From: Robbsia sp. KACC 23696
GTDB taxonomy: Bacteria > Pseudomonadota > Gammaproteobacteria > Burkholderiales > Burkholderiaceae
Length of the DNA: 64,000 nucleotides
Reading direction: 5' to 3'
Assembly (NCBI RefSeq): GCF_039852015.1
Contig: NZ_CP156626.1
Span: 1,024,249 to 1,088,248 of the forward strand
Made by a program: the position numbers and the translations under genes. Under the pieces are notes generated by a model. That model was not told the origin of the DNA, made no database searches, and saw only the letters and a program-made list of their open reading frames with translations. Below are positions 1-9,811 of this stretch, piece by piece. Numbering within the stretch: the stretch's first letter is position 1; each line of letters starts with the position of its first letter.

Positions 1-655
1 TCTGCAGGTCAAGATGATTCCGATCACATCGCAGAATCGGATCTCCCTGCTGCAAAACGGTACGATCGATTTCGAATGCGGTTCGACCACGAACAATCTC
101 GACCGTCAGAAGCAGGTGGCCTTCTCGGATACGTTCTTCGTGATCGGTACGCGCCTGTTGACGGCCAAGGACTCGGGCGTCAAGGATTTCGCCGACCTGA
201 AGGGCAAGAACGTCGTGACGACGGCCGGTACGACGTCTGAAGCATTGCTGCGCAAGATGAACGCCGACCAGAACATGGGCATGCGTATCATCAGCGCCAA
301 GGACCATGGCGATTCCTTCCTGACGCTGGAAACGGGCCGTGCGGTCGCGTTCATGATGGATGACGCGCTGCTCGCGGGTGAACGTGCGAAGGCGAAGAAG
401 CCGGACAACTGGGTCATCGTCGGCAAGCCGCAGTCGAACGAAGCATACGGTTGCATGGTCCGCAAGGATGATGCAGGCTTCAAGGCATTGACCGACAAGG
501 TCGTGGCGAAGGCCGAAACCGATGGCGAAGCAATGAAGTGGTATCACAACTGGTTCGAACAACCGATCCCGCCGAAGGGCTTGAACCTGAATTTCGCGTT
601 GAGCGACGATATGAAGACCCTGTTCAAGGCACCGAACGACAAGGCATTCCAATAA
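1..655 (+). CDS. gltI: Glutamate/aspartate ABC transporter periplasmic substrate-binding protein (5'-truncated by window edge)
   Basis: The ORF track frame 14..655 is open to the window start. The translation is a solute-binding protein family 3 C-terminal half (…TTAGTTSEALL…GKPQSNEAYGCMVRKDD…). It is followed by the gltJKL permease/ATPase genes. Confidence 0.8.
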   Translation, partial: LQVKMIPITSQNRISLLQNGTIDFECGSTTNNLDRQKQVAFSDTFFVIGTRLLTAKDSGVKDFADLKGKNVVTTAGTTSEALLRKMNADQNMGMRIISAKDHGDSFLTLETGRAVAFMMDDALLAGERAKAKKPDNWVIVGKPQSNEAYGCMVRKDDAGFKALTDKVVAKAETDGEAMKWYHNWFEQPIPPKGLNLNFALSDDMKTLFKAPNDKAFQ

Positions 656-784
656 ATTGTTTTTGCCAGCGTTGCAGGCAGCTTACACTCGTGTAAAGTT
701 CCGCTTGCGGTGACTGGCAGCAATTCGGAAAATTCGCATCCATTGTGACCGTGTTCTGACGGACTGGATCAAGGACAATGGAAG

Positions 785-810
785 GGCCCGCGCGCTGCGG
801 GCTTTTTGTT
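785..810 (+). terminator. GC-rich hairpin (GCCCGC-gcgct-GCGGGC) + TTTTTGTT; intra-operon attenuator between binding-protein and permease genes
   Basis: Stem-loop and U-run seen directly in the gltI-gltJ intergenic. This is the usual arrangement for ABC operons that over-express the binding protein. Confidence 0.45.
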
Positions 811-889
811 ATGTATCACGCGCGTCTATCTTGCTGTATGTGTACGATTTGCGTTAGCAAACCGGTTTTTTCTTGTTCTGGAGTTCACC

Positions 890-1630
890 ATGGCTTATCA
901 CTGGAACTGGGGCGTCCTGACGAGCCCGGTTTCCACCGGCGAGCCCACCACCTACCTCGGGTGGATGCTGTCGGGATTGGCAGTCACCGTGGAGCTGTCG
1001 ATCGCGGCATGGATCGTGGCGCTGATCTGCGGGTCGTTTTTCGGCGTGTTGCGGACCGTCCAGGGCAGATGGCTTCCTGCCATTGGCACGATCTACGTGG
1101 CGGTGTTTCGTAACATCCCATTGATCGTTCAATTTTTTATCTGGTATCTGGTCATTCCGGAACTGTTGCCGAAGGCATGGGGTGATTGGTTCAAACAGTT
1201 GGATCCCACCGTCCAGTTTTTCTCCTCCAGCATCATCTGCCTCGGGCTTTTTACCGGAGCGCGGGTGTGCGAACAGGTGCGTTCCGGCATCCAGGCCTTG
1301 CCGCGCGGCCAACGTAATGCCGCCTACGCCTTGGGCCTGACGCAGCCGCAGGCTTATCGCCATGTGCTGCTGCCGGTGGCATTCCGGATTATCGTGCCGC
1401 CATTGACGTCCGAATTCTTGAACATCTTCAAGAACTCCGCCGTGGCATCGACGATCGGTCTTCTTGAGTTGTCGGCGCAGGCTCGTCAACTTGTCGATTA
1501 CACGGCGCAGCCGTACGAGTCGTTCATCGTCGTGACGTTCGCGTATTTCCTGATCAATATGATCGTGATGTCGTTCATGCGCTGGATCGAAAAGCGCACG
1601 CGGCTGCCTGGCTATCTGGGAGGCAAGTGA
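890..1630 (+). CDS. gltJ: Glutamate/aspartate ABC transporter permease
   Basis: In-frame ATG at 890 ([10 protein letters not shown]…) within track ORF 806..1630. Polar amino-acid ABC permease with the EAA-like motif region (…[25 protein letters not shown]…). Confidence 0.85.
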   Translation: MAYHWNWGVLTSPVSTGEPTTYLGWMLSGLAVTVELSIAAWIVALICGSFFGVLRTVQGRWLPAIGTIYVAVFRNIPLIVQFFIWYLVIPELLPKAWGDWFKQLDPTVQFFSSSIICLGLFTGARVCEQVRSGIQALPRGQRNAAYALGLTQPQAYRHVLLPVAFRIIVPPLTSEFLNIFKNSAVASTIGLLELSAQARQLVDYTAQPYESFIVVTFAYFLINMIVMSFMRWIEKRTRLPGYLGGK

Positions 1631-2310
1631 TGCATCACGAATTCGATTGGTCTTCGATTCCGGCGTCGTTCAATACGCTATGGCATGGCGCCATCGTGAC
1701 GTTCGAGATCACCGTGTGTGCCATTGTCATCGGCATCCTTTGGGGGACGGTTCTCGCGCTGCTGCGACTGTCGCCGGTGAAGCCCTTGGCGTGGTTCGCG
1801 ACGATCTACGTCACCTTGTTCCGCTCCATCCCGCTGCTGATGGTGCTGTTGTGGTTCTTCCTGTTGGTGCCGCAACTGTTGCAGTCGTTCTTCGGTCTGT
1901 CGCCGTCGGTCGATATCCGCTTCGTCTCGGCCTTGACCGCGTTCTCCTTGTTCGAGGCCGCGTATTATTCCGAGATTATCCGGGCCGGCGTGCAGAGCGT
2001 GGCGCGAGGACAGGTGCAGGCTTCTTCGGCGCTCGGGCTGACGTACACGCAATCGATGCGCTATGTGGTGTTGCCGCAAGCCTTCCGTGCGATGGTGCCG
2101 TTGTTGCTGACGCAGGGGATCGTGTTGTTCCAGGATACGTCGTTGGTGTACGTGATCGGCCTGGCCGATTTCTTCCGTACCTCCACCAATATTGGCGACC
2201 GCGACGGTACGATGGTCGAAATGGTATTGTTTGCTGGCGCATGCTACTTCGTGGTTTCGGTAATCGCGTCGACGCTCGTCAAACGGATGCAAAAAGGGGT
2301 GAGCAGATGA
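1627..2310 (+). CDS. gltK: Glutamate/aspartate ABC transporter permease
   Basis: 227-aa ORF with a 4-nt overlap on gltJ. His/Glu/Gln/Arg/opine family permease signature (…[28 protein letters not shown]…). Confidence 0.85.
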   Translation: MMHHEFDWSSIPASFNTLWHGAIVTFEITVCAIVIGILWGTVLALLRLSPVKPLAWFATIYVTLFRSIPLLMVLLWFFLLVPQLLQSFFGLSPSVDIRFVSALTAFSLFEAAYYSEIIRAGVQSVARGQVQASSALGLTYTQSMRYVVLPQAFRAMVPLLLTQGIVLFQDTSLVYVIGLADFFRTSTNIGDRDGTMVEMVLFAGACYFVVSVIASTLVKRMQKGVSR

Positions 2311-3032
2311 TCGTAATGAAGGACGTGTCGAAGTGGTATGGTCAGTTTCAAGTGCTGACCGACTGCACGACGGAAGTGAAGAAAGGGGAAGTGGTGGTGG
2401 TGTGCGGTCCGTCCGGTTCCGGCAAGTCCACACTGATCAAGACCGTCAATGGCCTGGAGCCGATTCAAAAGGGCGAGATCCTGATCGATGGCGTATCGGT
2501 GACGGACAAAAAGACCAACCTGTCGAAGCTGCGCGCGCGCGTGGGCATGGTGTTCCAACACTTCGAGTTGTTTCCGCATCTGTCGATCACGCAGAATCTG
2601 ACGCTCGCGCAGATGAAAGTGCTTGGCCGAGGCAAGGACGAATCGACGCAGAAAGCGCTGAAGCTGCTGGACCGTGTGGGCCTGCGATCGCATGCGGATA
2701 AGTTTCCGGGACAGATGTCCGGCGGTCAGCAGCAGCGCGTGGCGATTGCGCGCGCATTGTGCATGGACCCGATCGCGATGTTGTTCGACGAACCGACGTC
2801 GGCGCTCGATCCTGAAATGATCAATGAAGTGCTCGACGTGATGGTCGAGCTGGCGCAGGAAGGCATGACGATGATGTGCGTGACCCACGAAATGGGTTTC
2901 GCGCGCAAGGTCGCGCATCGCGTCATCTTCATGGATCGGGGGTTGATCGTCGAGGACGACCGTAAGGAAGCGTTCTTCGACAGTCCGAAGTCGGATCGCG
3001 CCAAGGACTTCCTGGCGAAGATCCTGCACTGA
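2307..3032 (+). CDS. gltL: Glutamate/aspartate ABC transporter ATP-binding protein
   Basis: ATG at 2307 overlaps the gltK stop. Walker A (GPSGSGKST), ABC signature ([15 protein letters not shown]) and Walker B ([11 protein letters not shown]) are present. The longer 1647..3032 track ORF is a frame artefact upstream of this start. Confidence 0.9.
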   Translation: MIVMKDVSKWYGQFQVLTDCTTEVKKGEVVVVCGPSGSGKSTLIKTVNGLEPIQKGEILIDGVSVTDKKTNLSKLRARVGMVFQHFELFPHLSITQNLTLAQMKVLGRGKDESTQKALKLLDRVGLRSHADKFPGQMSGGQQQRVAIARALCMDPIAMLFDEPTSALDPEMINEVLDVMVELAQEGMTMMCVTHEMGFARKVAHRVIFMDRGLIVEDDRKEAFFDSPKSDRAKDFLAKILH

Positions 3033-3060
3033 CACGACCTTAAGACAGCGCGGCAGAGGG

Positions 3061-3120
3061 GGCCGCGAGCAGGGCAAGGCCAAGCGCCGAACCCTACTCG
3101 CGGCCCTTTGTCTTTATCTG
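3061..3120 (+). terminator. Stem (GGCCGCGAG…CTCGCGGCC) followed by CTTTGTCTTTAT; putative operon terminator after gltL
   Basis: 9-bp GC stem with a long loop and a T-rich tail, 30 nt after the gltL stop. Confidence 0.35.
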
Positions 3121-3122
3121 CC

Positions 3123-3266
3123 TCAGTAGCAGAAGCGGGAACATTGCGAGGCGCCGACAAGCGCGCCGCCGACGACCGCACCGGTCAGGAAGGTCTGGAA
3201 ATTCGTGGCACATCCCTGTGTGCCGAGCGCCGCAACGACGCCGATGATCAACGCGAGCTTACGCAT
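3123..3266 (-). CDS. Small (47 aa) putative lipoprotein / Gly-zipper membrane peptide; not in ORF track (below length cut-off)
   Basis: Minus-strand ATG at 3266 is preceded by AGGACA. Translation is MRKLALIIGVVAALGTQGCATNFQTFLTGAVVGGALVGASQCSRFCY, with a signal peptide plus Cys, then a GxxxG-rich stretch. Third-codon positions are strongly G/C as in bona fide genes of this genome. Confidence 0.5.
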   Translation of the reverse strand: MRKLALIIGVVAALGTQGCATNFQTFLTGAVVGGALVGASQCSRFCY

Positions 3267-3324
3267 GATATGTCCTATATCAAGTGTGGGCTGGGGACAG
3301 CGTGCCGCGATCCGATGTCTTGTT

Positions 3325-3792
3325 TTACAGCAACAGCGAAACGATCCCGCCTACTGTCAGGGCTGCGCCCACCCATTTGCCGGCCGAATACCAATGGTCG
3401 GAATTCTTCTGTGCTTCTTCCGGACTCTGCAGTCCCAGTGCCCCGTAGGCGAGGGATTTCACGGCGGAGGCGTCCTTGGCATCCGCGGCGGCATCCGCTG
3501 CCTTTTTTTCCTCGGCGACCGCGGCATCGTTTTCCGACTTGACGCCGACGGTCGTGCCGGTCGCCTTGTCGGCTGCCTTCGATCCGCTTGCCGTCTCGGC
3601 CGCCTTGCGCTGTTGGTCCGACTCGTGTGCCGCCTTGGCTGCCGACGACAGCGACACCTTGCTACTGGCAGGCGCGGCATGATGCGACGGCGCGGCAGAA
3701 GACGACGCCGCTTTCGCGTCGACGTCCTTGCGTTTGCCGGCCGCCACGCTCGCCGTGGTGGCGGCGGTGGAAGAGGCGTTCGTCACATCCAT
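3325..3792 (-). CDS. Ala/Lys/Ser-rich low-complexity protein with C-terminal hydrophobic anchor (possibly ElaB/YqjD/DUF883-like tail-anchored protein)
   Basis: Internal ATG at 3792 (MDVTNASS…) is preceded by AGGA at −8. It lies within track ORF 3325..3861. The C-terminus is …DHWYSAGKWVGAALTVGGIVSLLL. Confidence 0.5.
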   Translation of the reverse strand: MDVTNASSTAATTASVAAGKRKDVDAKAASSSAAPSHHAAPASSKVSLSSAAKAAHESDQQRKAAETASGSKAADKATGTTVGVKSENDAAVAEEKKAADAAADAKDASAVKSLAYGALGLQSPEEAQKNSDHWYSAGKWVGAALTVGGIVSLLL

Positions 3793-4036
3793 GACAGCGT
3801 CCTGTGCGGTAACAAGAAAAAATGTCGGGCTGCCGGGGCGCTCGACGCGCATGCCCGGCAACGCCGGCGCGCATGATGAAGATAACGGCCGGGCGAAGGA
3901 GGATCTTGAGGGAAAAAATGTAAATGCGGGAAAAAGTCTTATCGATTCGAAGACTTAGCGGCGTCGATGTGGCCGCGGCGCGACGATTGATCGGCGGCGG
4001 CGACGCGCAGGCAGGCGTCGACCGCATCCGCCTTTT

Positions 4037-4945
4037 TCAGGGGGTCAGTACCGGGTGAAACGGCGTCGTGCTCGGGAAGGTCAACGCGGCGCGCGGGAGC
4101 GCTGCGGCTTCGGACGGATAGCGCTCGCGTGGGCGTGCCGCTACGGCCAAAACCGCTTCGGGGACGGCCAGCCGGCGCGACGCGATGCGCTCACCGTTGC
4201 GGAATAGAAAGAGGTCACCCGGGGCGAACGCTGTCCACACTTCGTTGTCCGTCAGCGGCAGTGTGCCGATGACGGTGACGCGATCTTCCGGCGTGGTGTA
4301 TTGCGCGAAATCGATCGACATGTCCTCGTCCACCAGATGGGCGGTCGAGAAAGGCCATTGCCGAGTGAGGTATTGCAGATGCGTCGAACAATGCGCAAAC
4401 ATCGCCTGGCCGTTCGACATCAGGAAATTGAAGGTGCCGTGCTGACTGATGCGCGCGGTGATCTCGGCCACCGCATCGAATAGTTCGTCGAGCGGCGGCT
4501 GCTCGCTCGGGAAACGCTGGCGCAGGCCTTCGAGCATTTCACAGAAAGCCAGCTCGCTATCAGTGCTGCCCACCGGCTGAAAGAAGCCCGTCAAATCGGG
4601 TGAGTACTGCTTCAGATCGCCGTTGTGCGCGAAAATCCAATGCCGTCCCCACAGCTCGCGCATGAAGGGGTGGCAGTTTTCGAGCAAGGGCGCGCCCTGC
4701 GTGGCCTTGCGAATATGCGCGATGGTGTTCTTTGATTTGATCGGATATCGCTTGACCAATTCGGCGACCGGCGACTGGCACGACGACTGGTTATCGATGA
4801 ACAGCCGGCAGGCTTTTTCCTCGAAGAAAGCGATGCCCCAGCCATCTGCATGGTGGTCCGTGATGCCGCCACGCGCAGCAAAGCCGGTAAAGGAGAAGCG
4901 GACATCGGTGGGTGTCGCGCAATTCAGACCCAAAAGCTCACACAT
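4037..4945 (-). CDS. yafJ: Class-II (Ntn) glutamine amidotransferase, YafJ-type
   Basis: Begins MCELLG… (Cys2 nucleophile). GATase_2 family hallmarks (…WGIAFFE…IAHIRKAT…HPF…WIFAHNG…). Confidence 0.8.
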   Translation of the reverse strand: MCELLGLNCATPTDVRFSFTGFAARGGITDHHADGWGIAFFEEKACRLFIDNQSSCQSPVAELVKRYPIKSKNTIAHIRKATQGAPLLENCHPFMRELWGRHWIFAHNGDLKQYSPDLTGFFQPVGSTDSELAFCEMLEGLRQRFPSEQPPLDELFDAVAEITARISQHGTFNFLMSNGQAMFAHCSTHLQYLTRQWPFSTAHLVDEDMSIDFAQYTTPEDRVTVIGTLPLTDNEVWTAFAPGDLFLFRNGERIASRRLAVPEAVLAVAARPRERYPSEAAALPRAALTFPSTTPFHPVLTP

Positions 4946-5286
4946 AAGGCTGGCGGCTCCCTGGGCCGCGGCAATCTAATAAGCGCGGTCCATGGCGCAT
5001 GGACCCGGTCGGACGCCATCGAGCGTCGGTGCGAACTGCCCGTCGCAGGTGGACGTCGGTACAATAGACGCGTTTCTGCATGGCGTGATGCACAAACAGA
5101 CGACGCGCCAAGCATAGCATTGCGACGTTTGTCTTAAAAGTTCCCAGAAAAGTCATTTTGGCTGTCACAGCCGAAGTGCGGCGACCGGGCAACACCGTGT
5201 GCCGCGCCTGCCGACGGGGATGTCCCACGCCGCCCCGACCGATTAGACTCTCCCGCAGTTTGCATTCTTCTTTTATCGACGCCATC

Positions 5287-6393
5287 ATGACCTCTGCCGT
5301 TTCCGCAGCTGCCTCCGCTTCCCCGTCTGTGTCCGCCGCGCCTGGCGCGACGTTGGAATCCTTGACGATCGTTCGTCCCGACGACTGGCATCTGCACGTG
5401 CGTGACGGCGTGATGCTGGCCGAAGTGCTGCCGCATACCGCGCGGCAATTCGGTCGCGCGATCATCATGCCGAATCTGCGGCCGCCGGTGACGACCACGG
5501 CCCTGGCGCAGGCCTATCGCGAGCGGATCGTCGCGGCCTTGCCGGCCGGCGCCGCGTTCACGCCGCTGATGACGCTGTATCTGACCGACAACACGCCGCC
5601 CGAAGAGATTCGCCGCGCGCGCGACAGCGGCATCGTCCATGCGCTGAAGCTGTATCCGGCCGGCGCGACGACGAATTCGGATGCGGGCGTCACCGATCTC
5701 GCGAAGTGCGGCAAAACGCTGGATGCGATGCAGGAAGCCGGTTTGCCATTGCTCGTGCACGGCGAGGTGACGCATGCGGACATCGATCTGTTCGACCGCG
5801 AGCGCGTCTTCATCGACGAGGTGATGATTCCGCTGCGCAAGCGCCATCCTGCGTTGAAGGTGGTGTTCGAGCACATCACGACGCGCGAGGCTGCGGACTA
5901 TGTGCTGGAGGCGGATGCATTGCCGGGGACGCTGGCCGCGACCATCACGCCGCAGCATTTGTTGTACAACCGCAACGCCATTTTCACAGGCGGTGTCCGT
6001 CCGCATTATTACTGCCTGCCGGTATTGAAGCGGGAGACGCATCGCGTGGCGCTGGTGGCCGCGGCGACGTCGGGCAATGCGCGTTTCTTCCTCGGCACCG
6101 ACAGCGCGCCTCACCAGCAGGACACGAAGGAAAACGCCTGCGGCTGTGCCGGGTGCTTTACGGCACCGCATGCGATGGAGCTGTATGCCGAAGCGTTCGA
6201 GCAGGCGGGCGCGCTGGACAAGCTGGAAGCGTTCGCCAGCTTCAACGGCCCCGATTTCTACAACTTGCCGCGCAACACCGACACGGTGACGCTGCGTCGG
6301 GAATCGTGGACGCTGCCGGCTGTCTATGGCAGCGATCAGAGTGCGGTAGTGCCGCTGCGCGCTGGCGAAGTGTTGCGTTGGAAGCTGGTCTGA
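5287..6393 (+). CDS. pyrC: Dihydroorotase (homodimeric class II, E. coli type)
   Basis: ATG at 5287 (MTSAVSAA…) in track frame 5158..6393. Metal ligands HLH (DWHLHVRD) and the …ATITPQHLL…[10 protein letters not shown]… motifs are present. Confidence 0.9.
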   Translation: MTSAVSAAASASPSVSAAPGATLESLTIVRPDDWHLHVRDGVMLAEVLPHTARQFGRAIIMPNLRPPVTTTALAQAYRERIVAALPAGAAFTPLMTLYLTDNTPPEEIRRARDSGIVHALKLYPAGATTNSDAGVTDLAKCGKTLDAMQEAGLPLLVHGEVTHADIDLFDRERVFIDEVMIPLRKRHPALKVVFEHITTREAADYVLEADALPGTLAATITPQHLLYNRNAIFTGGVRPHYYCLPVLKRETHRVALVAAATSGNARFFLGTDSAPHQQDTKENACGCAGCFTAPHAMELYAEAFEQAGALDKLEAFASFNGPDFYNLPRNTDTVTLRRESWTLPAVYGSDQSAVVPLRAGEVLRWKLV

Positions 6394-6418
6394 TCGGCGC
6401 GCGTGCTACACTCCGCTT

Positions 6419-6852
<434 letters not shown>

Positions 6853-6861
6853 CTTTTTTCA

Positions 6862-6897
6862 GCGCCCCGCCATCCGAAAGGATGCGCGGGGCGTTTT
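6862..6897 (+). terminator. Rho-independent terminator (CGCCCCGC…GCGGGGCG + TTTTT) downstream of rnpB
   Basis: 8-bp GC stem, 15-nt loop, U-run 6893-6897. Confidence 0.5.
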
Positions 6898-6950
6898 TCA
6901 TCTTGCCGCGGCGTGGCACGATCCGCGCCACGCCGCGCCGATCGGACCGA

Positions 6951-7382
6951 TCAGGCTGCCGCGCTATCGACGATGTCGAACGAATGGCTCAGCTCGGCGG
7001 TCTTGCCGAGCATGACCGACGCCGAACAATACTTGTCATGCGACAGGTTGATCGCGCGCTCGACCTTCAACGGGTCGAGGTTGCGGCCGCTCACCGTGAA
7101 ATGAAAATGGATCTTCGTGAAGATCTTCGGATCTTCACTGGCGCGCTCGGCGGTCAGCTTGACGCTGCAATCGTGGATGTCCTGGCGGCTTTTCTTCAGG
7201 ATCATCACGACATCGTAGGCCGTGCAGCCGCCGGTTCCCACCAACAGCATTTCCATCGGCCGCGGCGACAGGTTACGGCCACCGCCTTCCGGTGCGCCGT
7301 CCATCGTCACCAAGTGTCCGCTACCGGTTTCGGCCGCGAACGCCATGCCCTCGGGCCCCATCCAACTGATCTTGCATTCCAT
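6951..7382 (-). CDS. osmC: OsmC/Ohr-family peroxiredoxin-like protein
   Basis: ATG at 7382 (MECKISWMGPEG…) with GGAG 7 nt upstream. OsmC-like domain with conserved Cys pair (…GTGGCTAYD… …HDKYCSASVML…). Confidence 0.85.
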   Translation of the reverse strand: MECKISWMGPEGMAFAAETGSGHLVTMDGAPEGGGRNLSPRPMEMLLVGTGGCTAYDVVMILKKSRQDIHDCSVKLTAERASEDPKIFTKIHFHFTVSGRNLDPLKVERAINLSHDKYCSASVMLGKTAELSHSFDIVDSAAA

Positions 7383-7613
7383 CTTGGCTTCACTCCTCTG
7401 AGACGCGCATTCTACCCCCGGAGAAATCATAGCTTGCTCACGGCATATGATTGCCCCCCTAAACGTCAGGGGAAAGTGCTTGTTCTATCTGGGTTTATGA
7501 CGATCGAGAGACCGAAATGCTGCAAATCAATGAATTTGCGGCAATCTCGTTCATTCGTTTCAGTGTCGCATTTTTCGCAATGCGAAAGACGTTTTCATAT
7601 GACGAACGGCTCC

Positions 7614-7642
7614 TTGCGATAGGTGAGAAGGGCGTCTATAGT
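7614..7642 (+). promoter_or_regulatory. Sigma70-like promoter TTGCGA-N17-TATAGT
   Basis: −35 at 7614-7619, −10 at 7637-7642, 17-nt spacer. Predicted TSS ~7649. Confidence 0.45.
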
Positions 7643-7648
7643 GAATCG

Positions 7649-7792
7649 AACAGGCACGCGTCCTGCGACAGTCCCGCTTGTATGGCCGTCATCACGCGTC
7701 GCGTTATCGCTTTTCCCTGTCTCCTCCATCCGCTGCAGACGAATGTCGCGTGGGTGGATTTGCCCGGAGGGCTCCCTTCCGGGCATTTTTTT
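7649..7792 (+). ncRNA. Candidate small RNA (~145 nt) with CU-rich (UUUUCCCUGUCUCCUCCAUCC) putative anti-SD seed
   Basis: Bounded by a near-consensus promoter upstream and a strong intrinsic terminator (7762-7792). Contains internal complementary segments CACGCGUCCUGCGACA / UGUCGCGUGGGUG. Reading frames across it are low-quality. Confidence 0.4.
7762..7792 (+). terminator. Rho-independent terminator GCCCGGAGGG-ctc-CCTTCCGGGC + A TTTTTTT
   Basis: 10-bp stem (one G·U), short loop, 7-U run. Confidence 0.6.
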
Positions 7793-8139
7793 GCGCGGTC
7801 AACTGAGACTGTTTCTACCGATCTCATATCTTTCGCGTCGCGTCCGCGCCCGACATGCCGCGGGACGTCCTGCCGACCACGGTCGCGCGAAACCCACGAC
7901 GCTGGGCTCTCGTTTGCCGCGGCGCTCTTCCTTTTGCCAAAAGTGCGCTATACTCGCAGGCTCTCCCGATAAAAGCTCGTCGGGAAGGACGGTTGCAAGA
8001 CCGGGCAAGTCATGCCGACCACGCCGATTGGACAATCGTTTTTCGATCGTGCGGCGTGGAACGAAGGCATCACCGCTGCAGGCGCAGGGAAACGGAGGAG
8101 GGCGGGGCCGATCGGCCGGGTCATCCAATAAGAGTTCCG

Positions 8140-8175
8140 CACGCCTTAAGCGGTGCCGTAAGGGCGCTTTTTTTT
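8140..8175 (+). promoter_or_regulatory. Terminator-like attenuator hairpin + U8 tract located 13 nt upstream of rplM start codon (leader regulatory element)
   Basis: Hairpin CGCCTT-aaGCGGtgCCGt-AAGGGCG followed by TTTTTTTT, then ATTTGGATCAGTC-ATG. There is no room for a promoter between it and rplM, so rplM transcripts must read through it. Confidence 0.45.
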
Positions 8176-8188
8176 ATTTGGATCAGTC

Positions 8189-8617
8189 ATGAAGACATTT
8201 TCTGCAAAGGCCGAAACGGCCACGCACGAATGGTACGTGATTGACGCGACGGATAAGGTTCTCGGCCGTGTCGCCAGCGAAGTGGCACGCCGCTTGCGCG
8301 GTAAGCACAAGCCTGAATTTACTCCTCACGTCGATACCGGCGATTTCATCATTATCGTCAACGCCAGCAAGTTGAAGGTTACCGGCAAGAAGACGACGGA
8401 CAAGAAGTACTTCCGTCACACCGGTTACCCGGGCGGCATCTACGAGACGACGTTCGGCAAGATGCAAGAACGTTTCCCGGGCCGCGCGCTGGAAAAGGCG
8501 GTGAAGGGTATGCTCCCGAAGGGTCCGCTCGGTTACGCGATGATCAAGAAGCTCAAGGTCTACGCCGAGGGTACGCATCCGCATTCGGCGCAACAGCCGA
8601 AGGCGCTCGAGATCTAA
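8189..8617 (+). CDS. rplM: 50S ribosomal protein L13
   Basis: 142 aa, [27 protein letters not shown]…, canonical uL13. Confidence 0.95.
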   Translation: MKTFSAKAETATHEWYVIDATDKVLGRVASEVARRLRGKHKPEFTPHVDTGDFIIIVNASKLKVTGKKTTDKKYFRHTGYPGGIYETTFGKMQERFPGRALEKAVKGMLPKGPLGYAMIKKLKVYAEGTHPHSAQQPKALEI

Positions 8618-8629
8618 GGAGCCTATACC

Positions 8630-9022
8630 GTGATCGGAAATTGGAATAACGGCACTGGCCGCCGCAAGAGCGCAGTTGCCCGTGTCTTCATCAAGTCGGG
8701 TTCGGGCAAGGTCGTTGTGAACGACAAGCCTATCAACGAATACTTCTCGCGTGAGACGTCGTTGATGGTCGTGCGCCAGCCGCTGGAACTGACGGGAAAC
8801 CTCGAAAAGTTCGACATCAAGGTCAACGTCCATGGCGGCGGTGAAACGGGTCAAGCCGGCGCAGTGCGCCACGGCATCACCCGCGCACTGATCGACTATG
8901 ACGCGACGTTGAAGCCGAGCCTGTCGGCTGCCGGTTTCGTGACGCGTGATGCACGTGAAGTCGAACGTAAGAAGGTTGGTCTGCGCAAGGCACGTCGCGC
9001 AAAGCAGTTCTCGAAGCGTTAA
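8630..9022 (+). CDS. rpsI: 30S ribosomal protein S9
   Basis: GTG start 12 nt after AAGGAG. …[12 protein letters not shown]…[12 protein letters not shown]-terminus typical of uS9. Confidence 0.95.
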   Translation: MIGNWNNGTGRRKSAVARVFIKSGSGKVVVNDKPINEYFSRETSLMVVRQPLELTGNLEKFDIKVNVHGGGETGQAGAVRHGITRALIDYDATLKPSLSAAGFVTRDAREVERKKVGLRKARRAKQFSKR

Positions 9023-9086
9023 TTCGTTTCAGGACCGCCGATATGGCGGCAGTTTCCTCGGATACGCGCCGCCTTATCATGCAAAA

Positions 9087-9130
9087 CGCCGTTGGATGCC
9101 TTTGGCAGATCCAGCGGCGTTTTTGTTTTA
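9087..9130 (+). terminator. Rho-independent terminator of rplM-rpsI (CGCCGTTGGA…TCCAGCGGCG + TTTTTGTTTT)
   Basis: 10-bp stem with one G·U, followed by a U-run. Confidence 0.6.
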
Positions 9131-9282
9131 TGCTTGCGCGCTGTTGCTTTCCTGATGCGGCAAGTCCCTGTCGCTGGCAGGTGTACCAGTGCAATTCGCC
9201 GCGTTTCGCCACTTCGGACTAAAATCGGGGCTATGCACATGGCTCGCGCCACAGAACAAGCAGTATCCCCCTGGAGAGATCA

Positions 9283-9663
9283 ATGAATGCTGTGACAGAC
9301 ACGCCGGTCGCTGAAGTGGCCGTTGCCCCCGCCCCGACGTTCCTTGTCTTCACCGATTCGGCAGCTAGCAAGGTGAAGGAGCTGATCGACGAGGAAGGCA
9401 ACCCGGATCTGAAGCTCCGCGTGTTCGTGCAAGGCGGCGGTTGCTCCGGCTTCCAGTACGGCTTCACGTTCGACGAGGAAGTGAACGAAGACGACACGGT
9501 CATGGATAAGAATGGCGTCCAGCTGCTGATCGATTCGATGAGCTACCAATACCTGGTGGGTGCCGAGATCGACTATAAAGACGATCTGACCGGCGCGCAG
9601 TTCGTGATCAAGAATCCGAACGCGACCACCACCTGCGGCTGTGGCTCCTCGTTCTCGGTCTAA
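9283..9663 (+). CDS. erpA: Iron-sulfur cluster insertion protein ErpA (A-type carrier, HesB/IscA family)
   Basis: 126 aa. C-terminal CGCGSSF motif, with the third Cys in …GGGCSGFQY…. Confidence 0.85.
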   Translation: MNAVTDTPVAEVAVAPAPTFLVFTDSAASKVKELIDEEGNPDLKLRVFVQGGGCSGFQYGFTFDEEVNEDDTVMDKNGVQLLIDSMSYQYLVGAEIDYKDDLTGAQFVIKNPNATTTCGCGSSFSV

Positions 9664-9738
9664 GAACGGGGCGGAACCGTATCAGGCACAGGATGCACAA
9701 GCGTCTTCGTCTGGTCGATAAAGTAGCGCGGTATTGCG

Positions 9739-9783
9739 AATGGCCCGGACGCCGTAAAGGCGGATCGGGCCATTTGTGTTTGG
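9739..9783 (+). terminator. Rho-independent terminator AATGGCCCG…CGGGCCATT + TGTGTTTGG
   Basis: Perfect 9-bp stem. Sits between convergent erpA and anmK. Confidence 0.6.
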
Positions 9784-9811
9784 TCGCCATCCCGCTCTGG
9801 AGTAGGTGCCG

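Noticed and set aside
1647-3032. 461-aa ORF starting at 1647
   Set aside because: The first ~220 codons are an out-of-context frame overlapping gltK. The genuine gltL start is the ATG at 2307, overlapping the gltK stop.
5134-6171. 345-aa minus-strand ORF antisense to pyrC, and 5706..6473 + alternative frame
   Set aside because: Arg-rich nonsense translation typical of GC-rich antisense frames. pyrC on + is unambiguous.
7517-8192. ORFs 7517..7972 and 7623..8192 in the osmC-rplM intergenic region
   Set aside because: Low-complexity R/S/P-rich translations that run through a strong intrinsic terminator. The region is better explained as non-coding RNA/leader.
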